Below are positions 28,979 through 41,593 of a stretch of 64,000 nt of DNA, piece after piece. Both the position numbers and the translations under genes were made by a program. The notes beneath the pieces were generated by a model. It saw nothing but the letters and a program-made list of their open reading frames with translations, did not search any database and was not told where the DNA came from. Every line of letters begins with the position of its first letter. Within the stretch, counting starts at the first letter, position 1. The stretch is from Reclinomonas americana ATCC 50394 (taxonomy: Eukaryota), in the NCBI GenBank assembly GCA_048213135.1, contig PS015432.1:1-64000 (forward strand). The letters are read 5' to 3'.

Positions 28979-30712
28979 GACACCGAAACAAAGATCGTGA
29001 GACAAGAAGAGGGCAGGTCATCGATGTCGCGACTCGTACCGAACAGGAAGGCCACGCCGTACTCGGTGACCACGTAGTGCACATGAGCGCGTGTGGTGGT
29101 GACACCGGCACCCTGGTGCAAGAACGGCACAATGCGCGACTCGCCGCGGTGCGTCGTCGACGGCAGCGCCATGATCGGCTTGCCACCGGGCGACAGAGCG
29201 GCGCCACGCATAAAGTCCATCTGACCACCCACGCCCGAGAAGAACGACTCGCCGATCGAGTCGGCGCAAATCTGGCCCGTCAGGTCGACCTCGATGCACG
29301 AATTGATGGCACACACTGTGCGACAAGTGAGCACGGGAGGAAAATCGGAACTAGGAGAAGAGACAGACTGACCTCGCTCGTTGCGCAGAATGACGGTGGG
29401 ATCCTGCGAGTGGAGAGCACACCATGTAAGCGAGGGGAACGCGAGGGAGGTGCAGACAAACATGCGTGCTGCGCGCAACGTTGACCACGGCCACGTCCAC
29501 CATGGTGAGCAGTGGGTTGTCGTCGACGAAATCGTACAGCTTTTGCGAGCCGATGAGGAAGGTGCTGACCATGCGGCCGTTCCACACCTTCTTGAGGCGA
29601 TTGTTGACCACACCCTTCTCAATCAGCGGGATGATGCCGTCGCTGAACATCTCCGTGTGCACGCCCAGATCCTTGTGGCCACCGAGCTCGGCGAGCACGG
29701 CGTCGGGAATGGCGCCAATGCCCATTTGCAGGCAGGCGCCGTCGGGCACAATCGAGGCCACGTTGCGACCAATGGCCGATTCCACCTCGCTGCGCGGCTT
29801 CGACTTCATCTCAAAGATCGGCGTGTCGACCTCCACCACGCAGTCGAGCTCGTTGACGTGAATAATGCCGTCGCCGTGCGTGCGGGGCATCGACGGATTG
29901 ATCTGTGCCACCACATACTTGGCCTCCTGCACGGCGGCCAGCGAGCAGTCCACCGACACACCCAGCGAGCACCACCCGTGACGATCGGGCGGCGACACCT
30001 GCACCAGCGCCACATCCAGTGGCAAGTAGTTCTGCCGGAACAGTCTGCGCGTGCGCGCCACCCGTGGTGTGAGTGACAAGCCAATGCCAAGATATCTTTC
30101 TGTGGATTCGGACGCAACTTGGGCGTCTCCGAGAGGAAGATGGGCATAAAGTCGGCCTCGCCGGCATTGACGGCCTTGCGAGCGTTGGAACCTGCACACG
30201 CAGTCAGGCGGGTGTCGCACTCAAACAACAACTGCACGCACTCGCCCGGCCGCTCACTCACCAATGAACATGGACACGTCGCGGAAGGCGCGGCGTCCCT
30301 CGGGCGACAACAGATGCGGCAGCGAGCCCTCCGTGTGCAGATGCACCACCTCACAGCCCTTCAAGTGCTGCGTGCACTGACGCGTCATGGCCTCGAGGAG
30401 TGCCGTGGGCGTGGCGGCCGCCGTGTGCACAAACACGCGCGACCACGCCGCTGTTCCACCCGACAGATTGACCACGCGCTGCATGGCCTCGTCGGCACTC
30501 GCACACTGCGTCGGCGGCAGCTTCGAGTGCGCCACGCTCATGTGGCCCCAGTTGGTGCTCGGCAGCGCGGCACCAATCTGATCGCTGGCGCCCGTGGTGG
30601 TGGTGGTGTTGGCGTTGCTGGACGACGCGCATCGCAGCAACAGTGGAGCGAGGCGCGATGACGACGACGAGAAGGAGAAGGGCACCGTGGTGCCCGCTCG
30701 CAGCAGCAACAT
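28979..30712 (-). CDS. Acetyl-CoA hydrolase/transferase (acetate:succinate CoA-transferase subtype 1B / 4-hydroxybutyrate CoA-transferase family), 3' end in gap
   Basis: VHLHTEG, LDVALVQVSPPDRHGWCSLGVSVD, LQMGIGAIPDAVL, catalytic GVHTEMFSDG, GVGGQMDFMRGAA, GAGVTTTRAHVHYVVTEYG; Arg/Ser/Leu-rich, acid-free N-terminus. Confidence 0.93.
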
Positions 30713-31160
30713 GATGGAACGAACGGTGGGTGACAATTCATGATCGCATCTTTTCCGCATCTTTTGCACTAGTTGCTCGTTGGCGAGGCTTGCAGTTCCG
30801 CGTTGAACGGCTGGCGATGCCACCTGGGCGGTGGGCCTCGATGGAATGTTGAGAGACGCAGAAGAGTGCATGAGAGTGTCATGTTCGATCGTGATTGACA
30901 ACTTCCGTGCATGCGCTGAGTTCCATCTGGTACCGGTGATCGCCGGCGCCGGCAAGCGTCTCAACGAACGCTGATTAGGAAGCAGTGTTGAGATCGACGC
31001 CCTGCTCTCGCGATCAGGCCAAGTGTCGGAGGCCACCTGTCGCGATCCGCTGTGCCCACTGGCTCATGGGACCACAGTCGTGTGGGCCATAACAACGGCA
31101 ACACCATGCTGCAGGGAAGTCGCGGCAGGCAGAACGAACTTGAACTTCTCCATTCACTGC

Positions 31161-31780
31161 TCACGAGACGCCCTCGGGTGGCGGCATGCCGACCATGGAG
31201 TAGTTTGCTCTTCTCCTGCGCATCTCTCCCAGGTACTCGGCAAACGCCGAGAACGCATACATCACCCCCGGAATCCACAGCAGCGCCGTCAACAACAGGC
31301 ACCACAGAGCACTCTGACATGCGTGTCGTCGCTGCGCGAGGAGGGAGAGTGAGAGAGAGGCAGGAGACAAGCGATTGGTTACAAAGGTGTCAGCGTCTCA
31401 TATGCTCTCTCTCTCATGTACGTATGTGCGTATGTGCGCATGTGTGTGTGTGTGCGTGTGTGTGTATGTGTGTGTGTGTGTGCGTGTGTGTGATGAATTC
31501 CCTTCTTCATCATCCCTCTTTCAACCCACTCCCCACTCGCCTTCACAACGAACACTGCAGCGGGTGGCAGCAGCACACACAGCGCGGCCACGCACACCAC
31601 TGTGAGCCAAAACACACATCCACGATGACTGTCGAGCCCAATCGCTCTTCTCGACGGCCACGAGTGCTGGTGTTGAAGATGTGGAGGTCCGTGATCGGTG
31701 GCCGACATGGGCTTGTAGAAGAGCGTCACGGCAGGTGGCCGCTCGCGCTCGAACTCGTCATCGAGACTCACGTTTGTCAT
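31161..31780 (-). CDS. PMP3/RCI2/YqaE (UPF0057) family proteolipid with N-terminal extension, two exons
   Basis: LCVLLPPAAVFVVK|RRHACQSALWCLLLTALLWIPGVMYAF matches the LLPP..V...C..LLT.L.WIPG..YA family signature. Confidence 0.8.
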
Positions 31781-32358
31781 TGCACAATGATCACGAAGAG
31801 GCAAAGACAGAATCGTCAAGCGAGCAAAGGGCGGGATTGTTATCGTTGGTCGATGCTGCTGTTGCGTGTGCATGCGTGTCCAGAGGGCACGCACACAGTC
31901 ACATAGAGAATGGCACCTCCCATCTCGTTTGTCATCTGCCATCTATAGATCTGACAGCTGCAAACAGATCCGACAACGTGAACCACACTGCTCCTGGATC
32001 TGCATGCTCTCGTCGCTTGCACATATGGGGTGCATAGAGGCGGAGATGCGTGTGCGCCAGCTGCAGTCCGTGGATGGCGCGTCCAGTGTGCATTTGCCGG
32101 GAATGCACCAAACAAACCCGGCAGTCACACCAGTCATTCGTCACCAGACGGAGAGGCCTGTTGTTGTCTGCCGTATCCCACTCTTTTTTCTTCCCCCACT
32201 GAGAGTAGACCATGTCACAGTGCACTCACGATCAGTTGCGTTTCGTCTCTCTCTGCTTCGTTGTCGCCTGAGCTCACACGTGTTGATGANNNNNNNNNNN
32301 NNNNNNNNNNNNNNNNNNNNNNNNNNNNNNNNNNNNNNNNNNNNNNNNNNNNNNNNNN

Positions 32359-32798
32359 TGGGGCCGCAGCACGTTGACACACTGTCGACCATGCACCGCG
32401 TTGTTGCGTGCCTCGCCAAGCAGGGCGTGGTGAACGACGCTCGCAGCCTGTGCAAGAAGTGCCTGAAGTACCGGCAGGAGCATCCGGACTTGGGCACGCA
32501 CCACATCGACACTCTGGTCAGCGAGTACACCCTGCTGGTGCTGTGTGCCGACCCCGACGCCTCGCTGGAGAAGTTGACCGAGTCTTACCGGCAGCTGACG
32601 ACCCTGCTGGTGCGGCAGCACGAGGCCAAGGTCGACCCGGAACTGATCGAGAACACGAGCGGCGCCCTTGAGCAGCTGCAGGCACACATTCAGCAAAAGA
32701 GAACTGCAAAGACCACGGAGGAGCAGATGGATTGTGAGGAGCGGCGAAAGGTATTGCGGCAGCGTGCTGCCGCGGCAAAGAGCCGGCGACAGCGCTAA
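32359..32798 (+). CDS. C-terminal exon of a kinesin-light-chain-type TPR protein
   Basis: GPQHVDTLSTMHRVVACLAKQG and LGTHHIDTLVS repeats (LG..H.DTL motif); clean coding bias; 5' part in gap. Confidence 0.7.
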
Positions 32799-32877
32799 AG
32801 CAGAGAGCCATGTGTATAATGTAAACAAGAGTTAATTGTAGTTGTTCATTTTCTCCGCACACGCACGCATACCAACA

Positions 32878-34861
32878 CTATGTTGTTCTGACGGCGTCAG
32901 TCGATGATTCTGCTGCTGCTGGTGGTGGTGGTGATGCTGTGACATTGCTAAACGCACCAGACGCACCGCGCGCCATGGTGCTTAGCATGGAGGCCGTCGA
33001 CAGTGGGGCGGCTGTCGGCGCAAACATCGAGGTCGCAAAGGTCGGCTGCGCAGTCGGAGCAAACATGCCCGTCAGCTGCGCTTGCTGTTGCATAAGCAGC
33101 GCGCCGGTGGATGGTGAAGCAAACGACAGCATGGGTTGCACCGACGACGGTATCAACATCGAGGTGGGAAGGGTGGTCATCGCAGTTGGTGTGGTCGCAG
33201 GTTGAGGCACTGCAGAGCGCGCACAGCAGAGCGATGAGCAAAAGGAGGAAGCGTGTGTAGCAACATGGTCACCAACCGTAGTAGGCGGTGGGTGGTGCGG
33301 CGGGAAGGAAAAACGGATTGCTGACTTGCGCCTCCAAGGCGAATCGTCGAGCCATCTCCGCTCGCAGCATGGCTATTTGCTGCTGTTGGATTTGTTGCTG
33401 GGCGTGGAAGTGCGAGAGAATCAACGAGTCGAGGGCGGCGGCGGCATTGTGAGGCGTCGTAGGTTGTTGACCATACGACAGCGGCGTAGTCATGGCGGTT
33501 GCGTCGTGGAGCATCGATGGCGGCAGTTGTGGCGGTGGTGAGCATCGAGAACACGCCGGCGACAGCTTGGTCGTGGCCGGTGGCGTGGTGGTGACACCGC
33601 TGCCACTGGTCGGGGCCACTGGATCGGCGCTAATGGCCTCCAGCAGCGCGGCAAAGGCGCTACTTGAAGTCGGCGAGCTCGAGCCGGCCGTGGCGCCCTG
33701 AGCAGCCGCAGCCGCAGCCGAAGCAGCAGCAGCAGCAGCCGTTGGCGACCGTGGTGGCTTTGGCAATGCTGCTGCGGAGGCCAGCGACGACGAGGAGCAC
33801 ACAGTGACTGGCGATGCAGATGGTGAGGAGGATAGCAAGGGCCCGTCGTCCAGCTTGTGCTTCAATCTGCGTCGCCAGCCGCACACCGGGCGTGTGAGAT
33901 GCTGCAGATCAATACAGCAGAAAATAAACAGACAAAGCTCACCGGTAGTATTGTGTGCGGCAGTGCAAGTCGGTGCGACCGGGAAACGCATTCGACACGC
34001 GCTTCCAGTTCTTTTCGCCCACACGCTCCACCACCACCATCAACTGCTGCAACTCCTCTGCGCAAACGAAAGACAGACAAATGAGACGGTGCAATTGGAC
34101 GAACAAGATGCGCGCCAAGACACGCACCTTGTGACCACGGATCACGATTGATGCCGGGCTGTATGTATTCAACAACACACACGCGCGTATATAAGAGACA
34201 TGAAAGAGACAGAAAGACACCAATACAACTGCTTACCCGCAACACACGGTTCCATCGTTGACAGCACTGTGCGGCGGTGCGCGAGCCCACATACGCCGCA
34301 ATTTCACGCCACGACGGCAGTCGCAGTGCCTGCTTGGCCTCACGCAGTCGCTCATCTTCCTCCTGATGAGACAAACAAAAAAAGAGAGAGTCGCACATGA
34401 GTGGGTTGCCGCGCAATAGAGTTTTTCAAACTTCGCTTGTCCACTTCTGCACTGCTGTTATCGTCGACACACTCAGACACACACAGAGAGAGAGGTGGAG
34501 TGTATGTGGTGATGCGAGGGAGAGAGGAAGAGAAAGAGAGACGGGGAGAGACTGTGCTTTCGTGCTCGCAAACAACACAACGGCACTCGCACAATCTTCT
34601 CCACTGGTGCACGGGAGTTGTGGTGCGCCTGCGTGACTCGCTCGCTCACAGACTCTCTTTGTGCGTGTGTGCTCTGTCGCGCTGCGCGCGGAGAAGACGC
34701 GTGCGTGGAGGCACACGAGGGTGTCGATGTCTCATCTCTCTCTCACACACATACTCTGTCTGGTGTCGACAACTGACCTCATGCCAGAAGCCTCTGGAAC
34801 CATTCAGCTGCTGCTGCTCCGCGAGCAGGTGCTGCTGATCCTCACTGTTGTCGGTCTCCAT
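32878..34861 (-). CDS. R2R3-Myb transcription factor
   Basis: Spliced KWTSE|EEDERLREAKQALRLPSWREIAAYVGSRTAAQCCQRWNRVL|PGINRDPWSQ|EELQQLMVVVERVGEKNWKRVSNAFPGRTDLHCRTQY, followed by an Ala/Ser/Gln/Pro-rich tail. Confidence 0.9.
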
Positions 34862-35532
34862 ATTCTCGAGGTTTGCCAGGGGTGGAAGCGGTCGCGCACA
34901 GGAGACACTCGAAAAAGTTTTGGTGTGTGTCTTGTTGGACAACCCAAATCGGGCGCGCTTGTGTCTCGTGCGCGCTCCGCGGTGTCACACACTCGCTTTT
35001 CCCCGTGTGAATGGTGGAGAGTGTTGAAGCGTGGGGTGTTGCTGTGCAAGGTGGTGTGCGGCGTGCGAGTTGTGGTGGTGGGGGAGAGAGATGATGGGCC
35101 ACAGAGTTTTCGAATATCGACGAGAAGTTTTTGGGCGTCCGAGCGTTTTCGGAGCTCCCTTTTCTCCCCCTCCTGATTGAGCGCGGGGTGGTGAATGGTG
35201 GAGAGAATGATGTACGCCGTGGGCGCGGTGCGGGCGTTGAGACAGGATGTAAATAGGGTAGGTGGGTAGCAGAGCGTGACCGATATCGCCCCGGGGGTTT
35301 TCGCAACTACCAGTGATATTGGGTCCGTCGGTGTGCATGCAGCACGTGCACGCCAACTTTGTCTGTCACCAACGAAGCAACAACGTGCTGGAAGACCAAA
35401 ATCAAGGCGAAAAACACGTATCCGGATTCGGATCGCGACAAGAAGTTTTCGAATTCGAATTCTCGCGACGTCGACTGACCAACAACAACAATACAACAAC
35501 AACAACAACAAGAACAACAACAACTTCACGGA

Positions 35533-36430
35533 TCCAAACAGCAACACAGCTGCATGATGATCACCATCTTGAGTGAGCACCAGAAACTCAGACATCACGA
35601 AAAAAAGAATTTCATTCACCAACAAACAAGCAACAGCTGTCTTGATGACCAGCTTCAACCGTATCCAAAACATCAACATAGACACCAATCTTGAGGCAGC
35701 AGCAGGTTTCTTGTGTGTGTGTGTTCGCTCTCGGAGCTCCGGCCGAACAAGTCGAGAACTGCGATCTTGATTACACCACATCTTGCAATAGGCAACGCAC
35801 GTGGAGAGAGGAGGAATTATGTTTGTCAAAGCTGATTCGCTGTATCTGTGGCGCACGCAGTGCCGAGGACCGCGAATCCGAAGCGGAATTCATTCGAAAT
35901 TCTGTTTGATCGAACCACCGATTTGCAAGCTGGTGCTACANNNNNNNNNNNNNNNNNNNNNNNNNNNNNNNNNNNNNNNNNNNNNNNNNNNNNNNNNNNN
36001 NNNNNNNNNNNNNNNNNNNNNNNNNNNNNNNNNNNNNNNNNNNNNNNNNNNNNNNNNNNNNNNNNNNNNNNNNNNNNNNNNNNNNNNNNNNNNNNNNNNN
36101 NNNNNNNNNNNNNNNNNNNNNNNNNNNNNNNNNNNNNNNNNNNNNNNNNNNNNNNNNNNNNNNNNNNNNNNNNNNNNNNNNNNNNNNNNNNNNNNNNNNN
36201 NNNNNNNNNNNNNNNNNNNNNNNNNNNNNNNNNNNNNNNNNNNNNNNNNNNNNNNNNNNNNNNNNNNNNNNNNNNNNNNNNNNNNNNNNNNNNNNNNNNN
36301 NNNNNNNNTGATGATCACCATCTTGAGTGAGCACCAGAAACTCAGACATCACGGAAAAAAGCGAGAAAAAGTCGAGATGACTAATGCCACTCAAGATGGT
36401 GATCATCATGCAGCTGTGTTGCTGTTTGGA
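35533..36430. repeat. Perfect 43-bp inverted repeat with an internal 45-bp direct repeat (MITE-like or hairpin element)
   Basis: 35533-35575 is the exact reverse complement of 36388-36430; 35555-35599 is identical to 36309-36353. Confidence 0.9.
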
Positions 36431-37203
36431 GTAGTAAAGTTGTTGTCGTAAACGAGGACCCCATCCATCCTCACGCATACGTTGCTGCTCAAGTTTCATG
36501 AAGCAGGCGATCACTGGTAGATGCTCATTGTTGTGTATGGATCAGTGAAGTTTCTATTATCGTAAGTAGAATTCGGAATACAGCAAGCTTGCAATTGCAT
36601 CACCTGGACCTGGTTTGTTTGCACTGTCTGGCTTGGCCTTTTCAGAAAATTGAATGAGTCGTGTGTGGACGCAGAAAAACGCTACGCGTCAATACAAGTG
36701 CCTCAAATGCGCTGTTCAGCCACTCGGTATTACACGATGCAGATCGATGCAGTTCTCGACTTGTTCGAAGCCCCGAGAGCGAAAACATCAACAAGAAAAC
36801 CTGCCACAACCCTCAAAAACTGGTGAATTGTTGATGGTTGGGCTTGGCCATCAGGTCGGCTAATGTCAGTGGCCTCTTTGTTGTTGTCGAGCATCGCCTG
36901 AGGTTCTGATTTCCGGTATTGCCCCAGTTGTGGGGTGGTTCCTGCTCGTCCGAGTCACGCTCAGCAAAACATTCGATTACGTTCATTTTCCATCTCTCCT
37001 TCCTCCTCCTCCTCCTTCCCCCCCCCCCTCCACACACACTTGAGTTTGCATGCGGCGGCGCACACTTGCGCGTGCAACGCAGCGGTGCGACACAACAAAA
37101 AAAGAAAAAGAAAGCGGATGCCACCACCGCTACGCTTTCGACAACACAACAAAGCAAAACAAACAGAAAAATAAAATACGGAAATAGGAATGCGAGGCAG
37201 CTC

Positions 37204-38183
37204 TCAGGGCCTCGTCTCCACGCGCATGCGCTGCAGCCACAGTGCATCCATTATGTCCACCGCAAGTTGGTCCCACGGCTCTCGTACGGCATACTCCCCG
37301 GCAAGCATCCCCTGCTGCTGCGATTGCTGCATCGCAAACAGTCGCTGGTGTTCGAGAAATGTCGCCGGCGGCAGCACAGGCGGTGGAGCCGTCTGGTGAG
37401 GCCAGAAGAAGTCGCTCCCTAATAGGGGCGACAGCCGGCCCAGAGCCGCCAGCGGGACACTGCCGCCGCCAAAGAAGCCTGTGTGACCCGACAGTGGAAG
37501 GTCGCCAGCGGCAGGAAAGCCCTCCACCATGCCCAGCACATCACCGCCGCTGACAATGCCGTCAGTGGCGGCGGCACTGTCCACGGAACCAATGGAAAAC
37601 GAGCGAGGCATCGCGGCGAACTTGGCGGCGCGAGAGCGTGGCGTTGTCATCGTGGCATCACCTCCGCCCGCCAGATGCAAGGCATGCACCGCGGAGAGTT
37701 GTGGCGACTGAGCCGACATCAACGGCAGTGTTGCGGCTCTTGCCGCTGCTGTGGTGGTCGTTGTGGTCGTCGTAGTCGTTGTGGTGCTGGAGGAGGGGAA
37801 GCGACGCGAACTCGCCACGTCGAACGACGACGATGATGGTGGTGGTGGTGACTTGATAATATCTCCGCCGGCAGAGTGCATTTGTAGCGACGCTGCGCGC
37901 AACAGCGGTGATGCGGCGTCCGGAAACGCAGGCATGTTGCCGCTGTCCGAGTCCATCTGCGAGTCGGAATCGTGATCGTACCCCGTGCCCACCGTGTACG
38001 TCCTTTGTTCTTTTCGTCGCCGATTCTCAAACCATCTGCAAGGGTGCGAGAAAGGTCACCAGTGAGCAACTGTCGATGAACACAACGGGGGTTCAATTGC
38101 AAGAGTGCGGTGCACGCAACACGGTGATGCTGCTGACGGAGCGACCGAGTTGTGCGGCCAGCACCTCCTTCTGGTTCCGATCA
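37204..38183 (-). CDS. Homeobox transcription factor (3' part; helix 1 exon not found, probably in upstream gaps)
   Basis: Exon 38183-38121 spliced to the exon starting at 38035 gives DRNQKEVLAAQLGRSVSSITV|WFENRRRKEQR with exact homeodomain spacing (L34, A35, L38, I45, W48, F49, N51, R53), in frame with ORF 37204-37992. Confidence 0.88.
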
Positions 38184-41015
38184 CTGTGTCGCACACGCAC
38201 ACCAATGACAATGAGTGAAGATGGCAACAAAACAGGAACACAGTCTCCGAAAAACGAGAGAGATGCGAGTGAAGTCAGGAGGGGAAAGGTAGAGAAAGTG
38301 AGTGCGGATGATGGTGGATGTCAGAGTGCGAGCGAGAGATTGTAGTTTTCCCTGAACACGAGTCGCCAAAAAAACGAAATCAATGTGACGAGGAACACAG
38401 CCGCGCGCGCAGCGAATGCTTGGCATGCGCATTGAGCGACTGCACATGCTCATACATACAACACGATACAACTGGGAGGAGAAACAGCTTCATCGCGTGC
38501 GTGCGTGGGAGGAGCGAAGGAGGGAGGGCGGGGAGAGAGAGAGGGAAAGGGTGCACTCGCCAGAGCCAATCGTCGTATTGCCAAAGAAGGGAAAGAGCTC
38601 GGGACACTCAAAGAGAAGAGAAGGAGAGAGCGTGGGGNNNNNNNNNNNNNNNNNNNNNNNNNNNNNNNNNNNNNNNNNNNNNNNNNNNNNNNNNNNNNNN
38701 NNNNNNNNNNNNNNNNNNNNNNNNNNNNNNNNNNNNNNNNNNNNNNNNNNNNNNNNNNNNNNNNNNNNNNNNNNNNNNNNNNNNNNNNNNNNNNNNNNNN
38801 NNNNNNNNNNNNNNNNNNNNNNNNNNNNNNNNNNNNNNNNNNNNNNNNNNNNNNNNNNNNNNNNNNNNNNNNNNNNNNNNNNNNNNNNNNNNNNNNNNNN
38901 NNNNNNNNNNNNNNNNNNNNNNNNNNNNNNNNNNNNNNNNNNNNNNNNNNNNNNNNNNNNNNNNNNNNNNNNNNNNNNNNNNNNNNNNNNNNNNNNNNNN
39001 NNNNNNNNNNNNNNNNNNNNNNNNNNNNNNNNNNNNNNNNNNNNNNNNNNNNNNNNNNNNNNNNNNNNNNNNNNNNNNNNNNNNNNNNNNNNNNNNCGGA
39101 AACACGGGGGCACAGTGCATGGGAGGGGCAAGGCCGCCATGGCACACAGCCGCCATGTGCCACAGCGGGGAAGGGAGGAGAGGCAAGAGCGGGGAGGCAT
39201 GTCGAAGGCGCTCTGCTGCAGCCTTTTTTCGCATGCTACGAGGGAAGGGGGCTAAAGAAGAGGAGCAAGGAAAAGCAAGGGGAAATGGAGGAAGAGGCAC
39301 AGGGGAGACATATCGAGAGGAGAAGAGGAGTGGGGGACACTTGGAAGGGGAAGAAACCGTAGCGAAATGGATCGCGCCATGATGACGCAAACAGTGCAGA
39401 TACGCACATGACGCCACGCACTATCACGCTCGACAACAAGACACATGAGAAGACACACAGGCGCACATAGACTCGGACCGGTACCGATGTAAAGAGTGCC
39501 AACATGGCATGATTCCCACAAGAATCTTTTCGTGCCTTTGACGCAACCGGCGAGAGGGAAAGAATATCGCAAGCGGGGGTCGTTCCCACGCACTCCTCCT
39601 GCGTGCACACTGCCTCTGGTGCTCGTGCGCGTGGACACACACACATCCACACGTGCAGAGTGTGTGAGAGAGGCCACGATCGGTGCAGAAGTGCTGTGTC
39701 GTGTCGTCGTGGTGCCATGCCCGAAGGAAAAAAAGAACAAGGGCACAACAAGAAGAGGGCGACAGGAGCAGAGAGAGTCGTGCACGTGCGTGCGTGTGCA
39801 TGTAAGAAAGTGGCAGTGAGAGTGATGGCTGCCGCACGGNNNNNNNNNNNNNNNNNNNNNNNNNNNNNNNNNNNNNNNNNNNNNNNNNNNNNNNNNNNNN
39901 NNNNNNNNNNNNNNNNNNNNNNNNNNNNNNNNNNNNNNNNNNNNNNNNNNNNNNNNNNNNNNNNNNNNNNNNNNNNNNNNNNNNNNNNNNNNNNNNNNNN
40001 NNNNNNNNNNNNNNNNNNNNNNNNNNNNNNNNNNNNNNNNNNNNNNNNNNNNNNNNNNNNNNNNNNNNNNNNNNNNNNNNNNNNNNAACGTTTCTGGACG
40101 ATACAGCCATTACAAGAAACACAACTCCGGCCGCACATTTCCACACGCACTACCCGACAGAAAACGATACAGACAAGAGTGCGAGTGTGCGTGCGTGTGC
40201 GTGTGTGCGAGGAGAGAGAAAGAGTGAGTGAGTGAGAGGAGAGAGCATTGGGCGCGATACAGTGCGCTGATTGCGATTGCGCGCACCAGTGAATCTGCGT
40301 CGCATCTCGCTCCCCCAATCGCTCCATCAGTGCAGTTGGCAGGTTAATGGGCAGAGAGAAATGGGAGGGAAAAATGCGCTCTCTCGCGTCTCGTGTGCGC
40401 AGTGGTTGTCACTGATGCACTGCCGTTGTCTCATGATCACTCTGACTCCGGCGTGTGTGCAAGCACTCACCAACTCGTCACAGTTGATGCCGCTCTCCAA
40501 CGACTGCTGGCCGAGACACGCGCCGGGGAAAGTGACGACAGTGGGTGGGGGGAACGTGGTGGGAGTGGCGGTGTGAGCGTGCGTGTTGCTCGCTCTCTCG
40601 GTTGCACACAAAATCGGGGGAAACCAAGGCTCACTCCGTAAGGAATTCATCGGCCACTAAAAAGTGTTCGGTGCTCCCCCTTGCTTTGGCGAGGCTCCGT
40701 GCGGATGCATGGCAGAGCGCGAGCGCGTCGGTGGCCACGGGGGACGCAGGCAGCGAGCAATATAAATATATGCGGCTCATAGCGCGCGTTCGAATTCGGC
40801 TCTCTTTGTGCAAATTATACGTGGGCGCTTGGTAGCGTGCGCGTGCAGCGCAGCGCGTTGGATGGCGGCCATAGACACCCGCGGCAGCCAGGTGGCCACA
40901 TTCGCGTGCGTGCGCGAGAACATTCTCGGCAAGACTCAGATTCATGTCGGAGCGCCGGCGATCGCACGATCTGCGAGCACTCCGATCGTGATGTCCAGGG
41001 TTATAGGTGTGTATA

Positions 41016-41593
41016 ATGGCGGCCACGACGTATGGGTCCACGTTGCTCGACAGACACACAAGAAAAATGTTCAAGAGGAGCTCGAGGAGTGCTTTACGAA
41101 GCCGAATCCCTTGCGCCAGACTCGACTGCTGCATCACTGAGGGTGCGTGCATGCGCAGCGAGAGTGGCGGGCTCATTCAGTGTCTTCGCCCTCTGCATTC
41201 ATGTGTGCATGTCACAGGCTCATGCACGCACCCGCATGATGAATGCGCTGCATCTGCACTCGCAGCGAGCTCTGCTGCATGTCTCTCACGATCGTCAGCA
41301 CGAGTACGTACTGACCCGGCTGTGAGGAGTCGCGACGCGGTCGCTCGAGGAGAGTGACTCATCTCGCTCGTCGACACTCAAAGGGTGACACGGACAACTC
41401 ACGACCACGAATGCAAGATCCAAGATTACGATACGTAGACCAAGAAGAACGTCCTCGGCGTCGCAGCGATCGTCCTGCAATCGGCTCATCGTCGCCGTTC
41501 ACACACACGAGCACGCCATCCATGGAAGAAGTCTTCGAAGTCATGCGACAGGTGCGCCTCTACCGCCTCCGAGTCGCAGCACATTGCGTCTAA
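41016..41593 (+). CDS. Possible small three-exon gene of unknown function
   Basis: Plus-strand GTGCGT..CAG and GTACGT..AAG intron-like segments; two alternative frames stay open after splicing; no recognisable motif. Confidence 0.25.

Noticed and set aside
28612-29622. ORF-track fusion of CoA-transferase region to a coiled-coil/polyQ tail
   Set aside because: It reads through a 20-N gap; two different genes are joined artificially.
35555-36353. Direct repeats as a CRISPR array or C/D snoRNA cluster (ATGATGA)
   Set aside because: Only two copies, no regular spacers or cas genes, eukaryotic context; no properly placed D box or terminal stem.
40761-40800. TATA-like TATAAATA and box-B-like GTTCGAATTC, possible tRNA or Pol III gene
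   Set aside because: No cloverleaf, box A or acceptor stem could be built.
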